From NCBI GenBank assembly GCA_045837725.1, contig JBEWZL010000011.1, positions 186,001 to 250,000 of the forward strand: 64,000 bases of DNA. Reading direction: 5' to 3'. Positions 13,175-23,670 of the stretch are shown here, in pieces (the stretch's first letter is position 1; every line of letters begins with the position of its first letter). The notes under the pieces were generated by a model that saw only the letters and a list, made by a program, of their open reading frames with translations, did no database searches and was not told the origin of the DNA. The stretch comes from Vermamoeba vermiformis. Lineage: Eukaryota. The position numbers and the translations under genes are program-made.

Positions 13175-13770
13175 ATCTCCCAAGTCTCCACCTGCTCAAA
13201 CATTAACAACTGTTGGTCTGGCATGCATTTTTGCTTACCAGTGTAGTCACCAAAGGGAATAACAAGGCAGTAACCGTCTTTGTAGTCACCGCTGTCGATG
13301 TGGGCATGCCATCGATGTTGATCGCCATCACTTTGAACACCGTAGTTATAGCATTGGGATCTCCATTGACAGCGACATAGTCCCTGTACATTTGTGGGAA
13401 GTGATTCTTGACAAGGACGTCCACGGCATCAAGCAAACCAATCTCACGAAAGCTAGCCAACAGAGCTTCAATGCTGGGGACATTTTTATCTTTTGAGTGA
13501 GCTGTTGCAACGATATTCTTGCTTCCATGAGGAGACCACGCTCCAGCATGATATGACCAGGAGTTTATGCAGCCACGTCCATGCTTTCGTCATTTTCGCT
13601 ATAAGAACTTCAGCAAGGCCCCCCAAGCTCCTCGCCAAATCTTTTCAGGCACAGCCTGGGCAATGCTCTTTGCCAGTGTGTGGAATTGGCTCTTCATTCC
13701 CAGGCCGCAGCAGTTGTTTATCACCGGTGAACACTGTAAATTCATCTACTGGTTGTGTTATGACCCGTTC
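13175..13770 (-). pseudogene. TET/JBP-like 2OG-Fe(II) dioxygenase remnant
   Basis: Hand translation: RG...YHAGAW...FPQMY...VFKVMAINIDG / frameshift / HAHIDSGDYKDGYCLVIPFGDYT-intron-GGDL; in-frame TAG and TGA; cut at 13770 by the LTR element. Confidence 0.65.
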
Positions 13771-13841
13771 TGTGATAGTGTGAACGGTCGTTTATTTATA
13801 TAAAGTACACGAGATATACACGAGATATTTGTCTCATCACA
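13771..13841 (-). repeat. Candidate 3' LTR, 71 bp
   Basis: Starts immediately after the PPT; ends are inverted TGTGAT...ATCACA; contains AATAAA and a duplicated TACACGAGATA; the TET-like frame resumes right after it. Confidence 0.7.
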
Positions 13842-13853
13842 TTCCTCCCTTTC
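13842..13853 (-). promoter_or_regulatory. Polypurine tract
   Basis: GAAAGGGAGGAA on the minus strand, directly abutting the LTR TG. Confidence 0.8.
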
Positions 13854-14057
13854 AGACTCTTGACGGCCTCGGCAAGCGTTCTAAAATAGTCTTCTTCTCT
13901 TTGAATTGTGCTTCTCTTTGCCTTCATGACTGCGCTTCTTTTCACGTGAAATTTCTTGTTCGAAGATCTCGGCGAAGTTGGTAAGGCAAGTGCGTAAGAA
14001 TTCGAGCAACTCTTGATGTGATTTAATTGCATTAATTTGTTCTTTGAAACGTTTAAT

Positions 14058-17000
14058 TCACTTGTTGCTTGCAATATTATCGCCGGAGAGAGTCTGTTTT
14101 AATTCTTTCTTGATAGGCGCGAGAGGGGAGGAAGGATTATCGCGGTTTGCTAAATACAAACGTTTTAACGCATTGAATATAATCATACCGTATTTAGGTG
14201 TCTTCCATTCTGGCTCTACGTATGGCTCTGTTTGATCTGTCGTACTGACAGTCGGATTCGCAGCGATATTAGATTGATTATTATTATTATCACTAACGTT
14301 AGTATTGTTATTATTTGTATTATCATTAAAATCGTCTACTATTTCAGTGTCATCAACGGGTGTTTTGTCTTCAATTTGCTTCGTGTTAAATGACGCTTTT
14401 GTATAATCAAAATTGTCGTTTTTATGAACGGAAATAAATTCGGTAGGTGGTGTAACTGACGTGCATAATTTCAAACGATCAACGTTAATATAATGGTCGA
14501 GAATTTCTCCGTCTGGATTTGCAATTACGTATGTGAGCGGAGATCTTCGCGCGACAACGGTATAAGGACCTGACCAGGGTAAAGAGAATTTAGGAATTTG
14601 ACCTGGCACGCTTCGCGGCAGCCAATAAAACCAAACACGGTCGCCAATTTTAAATTGTGAGTCGCGACGATATTCATTATAATATTCTTTCATTCTATTT
14701 TGAGTCGCAACGATATTTTCGGTAATATATTTACGAGCAATATCTCTACCTTTAATAATTTCATCTAACACTTCATTATTGTTTAAATTTTCGTTTAAAT
14801 CTGGTGCGTCAGGAAAAATTCGGTCTATAATTTGATCAGAGTCATACCCGTATAAAGCAAAGAAAGGACTATAACCAATAGTTGGATGTTTTGCTTTGCG
14901 GTACGCGTTTTGAACGTATTTTAAATAAATATCCCACTCGCCTTGATTATCGTGGACGTATACTGATAAAAGCGTCGCGAGCGTATGATTAAATCTTTCA
15001 ACAAGTCCGTCTGTTTGTGGGTGATAAGTTGTTGTAAATGACGGTTTTGTTTTAAAATATTGTAAGATCTCTTCGCGAAATTTGTTTCTAAAACTCGATC
15101 CGCGATCCGAAAGAACTCTAAGCGGTGGATTATGCTCAATAACAACGTAATCTATATACGCTTTAGCTACTGATTTCGCACTAATGTCCTTTAACGGGAC
15201 ACAAATTGGAAATCGCGTTAAATAATCGCAAAATACGATAATATATCTATAACCACGTTTAGTTAACGGCAACGGACCAAGAATATCCATGCCGATCAAT
15301 TCCCACGGTTTTGAGACCTTAATTGGTTTTAAATAACCCGCTTTATAAACGCGAGGAGTCTTTCGTGCAATGCATTTAACACACGAGCGTTTAAATTTCT
15401 CTGGAATAGCGAGACATAATTTCGCGTGTGAAGGATTATGATCTTGATATTTTAATTTATATAATAGTCCGTTTTGCATATATAGATCCGAGCATTTACG
15501 TAAAAATTCAATCCCCGATCTGTGTGGTACGCAATCGCGTTCAAAGTAATCTATATATAATTTTAATTTAGGATCGTTTAATTGTTCTTGTCTGAATTTA
15601 TCCGGATTCGACGCAAAATTAAATTCGAGAGTAGATTCGATTGTCATCGAATTAATTGTGAAATTTGGAAGTCTAGATAGAGAATCTGCATTACCGTTTT
15701 TACGACCAGGTTTAGCACGAACTGTGAAGTTGTAATCCGCGAGAGCCATTTTCCAACGAGCAACCTTGCCGTTCATCGCTCTGAATGAGTCCATAAATTC
15801 GAGAGATTTATGATCTGTCTCTATTATAAAAGGTTGACCGTATAAATAAGATCTAAAATGTTTTATAGCTTCGACAGCTGCGAGGCATTCCCGTTCAGTC
15901 GCCGACGATTTAGCTTCACTATCCGTTAATTTGCGCGACCAATACGCAACAGGGTGGTCTTTGCCTTTCTCATCACATTGTGAGAGTACGGCACCGATTC
16001 CAAAAGCGGATGCGTCGACTTGAAGAATAAACGGTTTGTTAAAATCAGGATAATGCATAATTGGTTGACTTATTAAGCACGTTTTTAATCTATTGAATGC
16101 TGCAGAGCATTCTGTAGTCCATTCGAAAGTATTATTTTTCTTTAATAAATCCGTTAATGGGCGAGCTTTCTGCGCGAAATTACGAACGAATCTACGATAA
16201 TAATTACAAATACCCAAAAATGAGCGCACTTGAGTGACACTTTCTTTAATGCGGTCTTCATGCCAACTCGAAATTGCTCTAATTTTATCCGGGTCTGGTT
16301 TAATTCCTTTTTCGCTAATAATATGCCCGAGATAATTTGTTTCATAATAAGCGAATCTACATTTTGACGGTTTAACTTTTAGATTTGATCCACGGAGGCG
16401 ATCGAATACTTCGCGTAATCTACTCATGTGCTCGTCGAAAGTGCGCGAGAAAACTAATATATCATCTATGTAGACAAGACACGTTTTCCAATTTAATCCT
16501 GCTAGTGTCACGTTCATTAATCTTTGAAAAGTAGCAGGTGCGTTAGTCAAACCAAATGGCATGACGTTAAATTCGTATAAACCCGAATGTGTTGTAAAAG
16601 CAGTCTTTTCTTTGTCTTCTTCGCGAATTGGAATTTGATAATATCCAGAAATTAGATCTAACGTTGTAAAATATTTCATGTGCGACAAATGATTCAACGC
16701 GTCATCGATCCTCGGAAGAGGATATACATCCTTCTTTGTTACAGCATTTAATTTACGATAGTCAATGCAAAAACGTTTTGTTCCGTCTTTCTTTTTCACT
16801 AATAAGACAGGCGACGACCACGGAGAACTAGATGGTCGTATTTGTTGATTGTCTAACATGCGTTGGACAAATTCATCTATTTCTTTACGCTCTGACGGCG
16901 ATAATTTAGAGAATGGTCTAGACCTAACAGGGCCGTCTGTAACTTGAATTTCGTGTTTTACTTTATCCGTTGTAGTTTTTAATTCAGACGAGAATACGTC

Positions 17001-18010
17001 TTCGAATTCTTTAATGAATTCTTTTAGTGCCTCGATTTCGTTGCGACTTAATTTCGGATTAATTTGAGGGGACTGTGACGCAGGAAGGGAGACACGATCC
17101 TGTTGATGTACTTTTTCCATCGCGAGGATAACCTTAGTCCTTTCCGCATTCCCACGGAACATTGGATTCGAGAGACTTTGCGATGTTACGGGAGGGGTAT
17201 TAGCGGACGCATCATCATCTGAATCCGTTGTTCTAGTCCTATTCGTTCTATTCTCTGCCGAATTGTCGTCTAGAATAATTTCAAAACCATATTGATCTAG
17301 ACATACACTAAAGTTTCGCGTGGCTCGCGCTACTAGACTACTGTGCAAAACTAAAGTGTTTCGGTTCTCAGAGTTAGTCACGAACACATCGACAGTGTTG
17401 TTCGGACGTACAACCCCCATCTGTCTTCCAACAACTGCGCGATGCCGAGAATCAGACATCTCGATCAACAAATTGTCACCTACTTTCAAGTTGTTCTCCT
17501 TACTAAATTTACATCGAATAATAATTCCTGAGTGACTTGGCACTTTAATCGTACTACATGAATAGAGCGCAATTTCAAATTCTTTATCATTACTACAATC
17601 AATCATATTAATCTCGTTTGCTGTCCACGCAACTTTGTTCGCAATCATTAACTCAGCTTTAGCGGTAGTGAGCGTGTCCATTCCAAGTAATAAATCGAAT
17701 CTGAAATTCTCGATATATAATGCTGTAACAGGGATCGATACGTCATTGATCTCAATATTAAATTGTGCGTATTTGTTCGCATATATAATCTCAGAGTTTG
17801 CAACTCGTAATGTATATTGTCTCGTGTTGTATAATATGATATTGGGATACTTATTAATGAAATTGTTATTGATAACAGAGACTGATGCTCCAGTATCAAT
17901 TAATGCTTGAATATTAGTGTTATATAATTTGACCGTTACGAAAGGTAATTTCGTGGACTGAATTAAATTAACGAGCAGCTCAGAGTCCACGTCTAACTGC
18001 TCTGATTGCC
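14058..18010 (-). CDS. pol: Pol polyprotein (aspartic protease, RT, RNase H, integrase)
   Basis: LIDTGAS; RFCIDYRKLN; YIDD; QVDAS; integrase MDILG, SDRG, LVERFN; GPY module. Frame is open back to the slippery site. Confidence 0.95.
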
Positions 18011-18017
18011 ATTTCCC
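17952..18017 (-). promoter_or_regulatory. -1 programmed ribosomal frameshift signal (slippery heptamer + H-type pseudoknot)
   Basis: G GGA AAT at 18017-18011, 8-nt spacer, stem GAGCAG/CTGCTC, loop CGTGGAC complementary to downstream GTCCACG; pol is in the -1 frame. Confidence 0.85.
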
Positions 18018-19216
18018 TGCCTCTTTCCATTGTTGTTTTGTTGTTGATTTGGGTTACCGGTAAAGTTCGGCATCATGTTATTATTATACGTTTGGTTTGG
18101 ATTGCCGTTAAAGTTAGGATTCATGTTTGGTAACGCGTAAAATGGTTGAAACGGAAGGGCTTGAGGAAGTACGAAAGGGAGGTATTGATTTTGATTTTGA
18201 GGCATTTGTTGTTGTTGATTATTGTTATTGTTATATCGACGACGATTGAAAGAACCTCGTTGGTTACCACGGTTATCATTGTATTGTTGTGAATAATTTG
18301 GTTTCCCACGTTGAGGAAACGGTCTACCTCGGTTGGGGTTACCTCGAAAATTTGGCTTACCACGAGTAGAAATGAAATTTACGTCATCAATTGGATTGTT
18401 ATTATTTTGAGTAGTCTCGGTATCATTTACCTGAGTTACAGCATTCACAGTTCCAGTCGCGTTCGTTTTCGCAGCTTTCGGTTTGATGATAATACTCCAT
18501 GGCAAGTTGACCATTGCGCTTGAGAGTCGCGAGTAATCTGTCATCATCGAGACCATGTTCGTACGTACGTGCGTGCTCACGTGTTCTGGGAGGGCATCAA
18601 GCAAATACTTGATCTTGTCGGGATCTGACGATGGGTACGATGCAAAATGAGAGTTGAAGCGAGTGTAGAACTGATTAAAAGTCTCTTTTTCAGGGTCCCA
18701 TCTCTCGTTCGATATTTCGCTTTGCTTGACCATGTTGCTTTCAGGAGCGATGTAGTTTGTCGCAAGCCATTTAGCAGCTGATACCATGTCTTGTTTGAAC
18801 TCTTGTGATGCTCCATTCCATGCTTTCAAAGGGCCACCAGCCAATTTACGACCAAATATGAGCAACTGTTCCTTCGCTGATAACTTGTGAAATTGGACAA
18901 GGCTGTAGAACGATTCCAACCATGTGGTGCTATCCTTTTGTTTAACCATATCGAACGGTTTGCAATTGGTGTCTGCGATAGCGTCCTTCAATCGACGATT
19001 GCCAGCCAATTTATCGTTGAGCGTTTTGACTTCGGTTTTAAGTTGGTTGTTTTCGCTTTGGATGCGAGTAATATCGTTTCTTAATTGAGCATTTTCTTGA
19101 CGTACCAATTGGTGTAAATTATACAAGTCCATGTATTGTTTTCGATAATCTTCCAGATTTGATGCAGATGCGGGAGTACTTTCGCTGGCAATATCAATTT
19201 CTTCGTCTTCAGATAT
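17993..19216 (-). CDS. gag: Gag (N-terminus lost at the DNA-transposon junction)
   Basis: Coiled coil, retrotransposon capsid-like core (WLESF...LAGGPLKAW...ETFNQFYTRF), N/Q/R-rich tail ending QGNGNQSS*. Confidence 0.85.
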   Translation of the reverse strand: MSEDEEIDIASESTPASASNLEDYRKQYMDLYNLHQLVRQENAQLRNDITRIQSENNQLKTEVKTLNDKLAGNRRLKDAIADTNCKPFDMVKQKDSTTWLESFYSLVQFHKLSAKEQLLIFGRKLAGGPLKAWNGASQEFKQDMVSAAKWLATNYIAPESNMVKQSEISNERWDPEKETFNQFYTRFNSHFASYPSSDPDKIKYLLDALPEHVSTHVRTNMVSMMTDYSRLSSAMVNLPWSIIIKPKAAKTNATGTVNAVTQVNDTETTQNNNNPIDDVNFISTRGKPNFRGNPNRGRPFPQRGKPNYSQQYNDNRGNQRGSFNRRRYNNNNNQQQQMPQNQNQYLPFVLPQALPFQPFYALPNMNPNFNGNPNQTYNNNMMPNFTGNPNQQQNNNGKRQGNGNQSS

Positions 19217-19240
19217 GGCAAGGTCCGCGAGTCTCAGTCC
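19217..19240 (+). repeat. Left TIR
   Basis: GGCAAGGTCCGCGAGTCTCAGTCC preceded by ATAT (19213-19216). Confidence 0.9.
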
Positions 19241-19313
19241 AAATGATCGGAGAAATTGCATTTGGCAAATTGAATTTTTCATACCGTTTATTATAATTTG
19301 TAGTATGACATAA

Positions 19314-21368
19314 TTAAATATTTTGTTCTTCAAACTCTTCTACCAAATCATCACATTGCAAGTCTGATTCGGGAATCCACGAGTTAAATGAGTTGTCGTA
19401 ACCAGCCCATTTTACTTCGTACTGAACTTGGTTCTTAACTTTTCGTTTGCCAACAATGCATTCCACTTCAAATTCTTCACCTTCAGATCTTTCATCTTCG
19501 GTGGGAGCACTTGTTCCTTTTGGATGGTTGACTCCCACCACAGTTGTATGTCTTTCAATCCATTCTCCAACAGTATTCTGATTTGTGCACTTGTCAAATT
19601 GAAACTTTAAGCAGTGAGTACAGACGCAAGGCCATCTACGCATGTAAAGCTTGTTTGGTTGTCTTGAAAACACAAAGTCATAGCATGATTTAATGCCAGA
19701 AACAGTTGAAACATCTTCTTCAGTATCATTGTATTGAATATTTAGGACAGTTGAAGAACCTCCTTCAATTGTTGACCAATAAGCTGCTAAATCTTCTGGG
19801 GTGTCAATAAATCCATCTTCTTTCAGAACATGAATACGGGCTTTCTTTTTCAACAGTGCACCACGTCCATCACACTCTCCTTTTCCATGGTAAGCAGGGT
19901 CGATAATCCAGCGTAAATGAAGACCAAGAGTTGAGAAAACCTTGGTTCCCCAGTGCATTGAGCGACGATTCTTGAAGTGTTGCATTCCTCCATCAGTTAG
20001 TAGAATGCAGTGGCAAACATCATTGCCTAAATCTAACAGTGGAAGAAGTGCAGTAAATGCCTTTTGGAATACCACAGATGTGTGGTATAGGTAAGGTGAA
20101 ACAAACGCGTGGTACTTTTTGATGATGTCTGGCTGTTCTCTGGTACTTAATGCACTGTGGTACCAAATGGTTGCAATCAGGACAGTAGTTTGTCGCCTTC
20201 CATAAAATGCATTGCCAACTTCAATTGAACTAATGTGAGAGTAGTTCATTAGAAAGTCCCAGCGCATCATGACTGTATCCATTGGAAGCTGTGCTTTCAA
20301 TGTTTTGATTGTTGACTTCTGCCATTCAACATGAAGCTTGTGGTCTTTTGCTTTGGAGGTAGCCTCTTTGTAGCCCTGAAGGAATTGTTGCCTTGTACTG
20401 TTGTGCGAAACATGTACCATCTGATTGGGTGCATACTTGTCTCGATCATTAAGAAGTGCTTTTGAAGGAATAGGAACTATCCAGTTCTCAGCAGCTTGAG
20501 ATTGAAATTCAACTGGACAGTCATCAACAGAACAGGTGCAATCAGGTGTGCAGTCAGCACCATGATTACAAGCAGAACAGTAGAGACACAGGCACTGACA
20601 TCTATCATGCCACTGACGTCGTTTCTGCTGGAGCATCTTTGTCCAATGATGAGCAGAGGAGCAGGTTGGGCACAAACCAGAGTAGTAACGTTGCAAGTAA
20701 ACACACTTTGGAACTAAGGAGTAAAAGGTAGAACAGCCAACTCCATTTGGGCAATCAGTCTATTGACAATGTTAGTAAAAGTAGAAAATGGACGCGCGGC
20801 GCGTTGACGGAATGGGTACCTTGTACTGCTGAAAAAGTTCACCAATTGAGGAGTCACGATAATGCATAACTTGGAAGCCCCAAGAACCATTTGCTTCACG
20901 TTGGCGAACAACATTGGATGAATTGGCAGAGGCACGGCAGTGATCCAAAATCCAGTTTGTAACAAGAGAGGGTTCGACTGGGAGCCTGCTAGCTTTGTAT
21001 TGGGTCTTTGTAACAAACTTGTTGTGTTTGCCGGTTAATAAACTGTCACGAAGCTTTTCACGGGCATCCAATAGAGCTCTGGTAATGCTGCGTGTTGAAA
21101 TGCCAAGAACTTCTGCCTGAGCTTTGTCTGTTTCGTCTGACAACATGGTGCCCAAACTGCCACGAAAGAAGCCAGAAACTCGTTCTGATTTGGCGGCAAC
21201 GCGAAGAGCTTGTGAGTAATTGGAAAGCAAATTATGCTTTGTCGAAGAGCAACTGAGGACGTGCAAATGTGGTGCAATTCGTTGGTGCTTGAATACTTGA
21301 AGGAGCTCTGGTTCAATGCGCTCTGGCGGAATTTGAGAGAAAGTAGCAAGGAGTAGGTGTTGGTACAT
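19314..21368 (-). CDS. Sola2-like DDD transposase with Cys-rich region and C-terminal chromodomain
   Basis: Exons 21368-20820 and 20759-19314 (60-bp intron with TACTAAC); motifs WDFLMNY, LTDGGMQHFKN, YHGKGECDGRG; chromodomain EFEVECIVGKR...YEVKWAGYDNSFNSWIPESDL. An additional 5' exon is possible. Confidence 0.82.
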
Positions 21369-23670
21369 CTGTGTTATTGTTCGTGAAGGAGTACTTGAAA
21401 TAAATTAGTAAAGGGAGAGTGAACGCGCCGCGCGTTCATAGTTTTTATTAATTTTATTATGAAAAAAAAAATAAAAAGCAGTTGTTCTTTCATTATTTTC
21501 AATTTTTCAAACAGTGCACCACAAATGAAAAAATCTACTCCTACACCAGAGTCGAGCAAGGCTTTGCTCGATAAATGGCTCACAAACGAAGGCAATCCTA
21601 CTTCAGTCCCGTTGGCTCAAATGACTGTGCGAGGTAAAGAAAAATATTAATTTTAAAAATCACAAACGCGCTGCGCTTTCACGCCAAAGAGCTGATTATT
21701 ATTCACAAGTGTTGTAGTATTTTTAAGCAATATTGTTACCTTTTTTTGAACGCGCAGCGCGTCGATAAAAAATGCATAATTTTTGGACGCGCGGCGCGTT
21801 CATTGTTGTTCTCACTGCTCTAATAATTTTCAATAGGAACATACCGCACTGTTACTGAAGAAGGAAAAGCCACGATTAAGAACAACATTATTGCGCAAGG
21901 AGCTGGCGACTTCATGAATGGTTTAAATCGTACGGAGCCATTTCTTGTTCAACTGCTGCCGCCCGACGAAAAAACGAAGAAGAAAAGCAAGCAACCCGAG
22001 TACCGAATTCTTGGCGGCAACCATCGATACGAGATATTCAAGGAAATGTAAGTTAATAATGGTGTTGGTTTTTCACACAATACTAAAACAGCAATAGGGG
22101 TGTTACGGAATGGCCTTGCTACATTCTTGCTGCTACGGTTGACGATGTAAAAATGACAGAGTCGGAGACTGAGCAATTGGCTGGCATGGACAACGGCAAA
22201 TCCCAGTACGGAATCGCAAAGGCTGGCTGGTTTGAATAGTTCGAGAAGCTAAACCGCTATCTGCAATTTCCCGGCATCGTCGTCACTAAGGGAAAACGGA
22301 CAACTACGAACTGGGAGGCAATCTATGCGCTGTCTGGTAATCACGAAGGGCTATCCGTCAACACCGCGAAAAAGCTAGCAACTGCACGCACAAACACGGT
22401 GCAGGCAACTCAGGAGAAGAAGTTCGAAAAAAACCCTTTGTTCATTCGCATGCAAGCCCTACACGCCAAGTACGGGTACAATCTGCCAATCAAAATGAAG
22501 ATGTTCACCGAAGAGAAGAGGTTTTGGCAAATGGACACGTTTCAACAGGTGGAGGCAGTAAATCTGTTCATTGAATGCATCGAACAGAACAAGTGCAAAG
22601 GAACTGGAACTGGTAAGTCATTCAAAAATGTCTTTCTTTATGAACGCGCCGCGCGTCAACAAAAACTTTCTTTGTTTGAACAAAAAATTGTACTTTTTTC
22701 TGAACGCGCGGCGCGTTGACAACACTACATTGTTTATGAACGCGCGGCGCGTCGATAAAACTTAGCTTTTTATGAATAAAAAATTGGGAATTTTTCTGAA
22801 CGCGCGGCGCGTCGACAAATATTTGAATTTTTTGTACGAAAATTGCCTATCTTTATGAACGCGCCGCGCGTTGACAAAAACACTTTGTTTTTTTATAACA
22901 ATTCTCATTCACTTGTAGATTGGAGTTCAATGATTGACAGTGTTCTCCGACGTGCTAAAATCGTCGATTATATTGGCAAAGCACAACCTCAGGCTGATTT
23001 GCTTGAGGAGTATACTGAAGCTGTTGGTCGTGGCGAGTTTCCTTGGTTGGAAGAAGCGTGCACGGATGCACTAGATAACGCAGCAATGCAGCACCTTTTG
23101 AAATGCCTTGAGAAGGGCACCGCTGCTAAATCTGTAAAAGCACCTGTTCCTGTGTTAGATGGGCCGGTACGAATACGTTCACTCATACAACTTTACATTC
23201 TAACTTTTTTCACAGAAATCACCCTCTGCCAAGAAACCGCAGTCTTCCAAGAAGGACGAGCTTCTCAAGGAGAGAATCGATGCACATATCGATTCAGAAA
23301 ATGTTGAAGCCAGACCACCAGAAGAAGTTGATGCAAGCCAAAGTGAAGCTGAACCTGACGATCTTGCTGATAAGAGACCTTCGCGGCAAAAACATACAAC
23401 TAAGGCTGCTGACGAAAACACGGAGGCCGCAGAAGCCACTGTGGACAAGCCTGTTAAGGAGAAGAATTCTGCGGAGGCAGCTGGTGACAAGCCTGCTAAA
23501 GGCAAAGATGCAGCACAGGCTACTGGTGACAAATCTGCTGCTAATAAGCCTGCTAAAGGCAAGAATGCACAGGCAGCTGTCACTGATCAAGAACCAAGCG
23601 AAAAAGGATCTCCCAAGAATACACCTAAGAAAGGTGATTCCCCTCCTGTAAGCGTGAACGCGCCGCGCGT
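20792..23670. repeat. Dispersed palindrome ACGCGC-N-GCGCGT, 11 copies
   Basis: Cores start at 20792, 21423, 21666 (degenerate), 21750, 21787, 22644, 22704, 22740, 22800, 22859, 23658; all intronic or intergenic. Confidence 0.92.

Larger units (their letters stand above)
13771..19216 (-). mobile_element. Ty3/gypsy LTR retrotransposon, 5'-truncated
   Basis: gag plus PR-RT-RH-IN pol order, polypurine tract and TG..CA-bounded 3' LTR; no 5' LTR or PBS found. Confidence 0.93.

Noticed and set aside
13796-14074. 92-aa ORF downstream of pol as a possible env or extra gene
   Set aside because: No canonical ATG start and no TM segment; it runs through the PPT into the LTR.
19217-19333. N-terminal extension of the gag ORF overlapping the transposase stop, suggesting a transposase-gag-pol hybrid element
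   Set aside because: These codons lie inside the TIR element (3' UTR and TIR); the open frame across the junction is fortuitous.
19314-19478. Chromodomain as evidence that the gypsy element is a chromovirus
   Set aside because: It is in frame with the DNA transposase and upstream of gag, not at the integrase C-terminus.
22614-22918. CRISPR-like repeat-spacer array
   Set aside because: The core is only 13 bp, spacers are related A/T tracts, it lies in a spliceosomal intron, and there are no cas genes.
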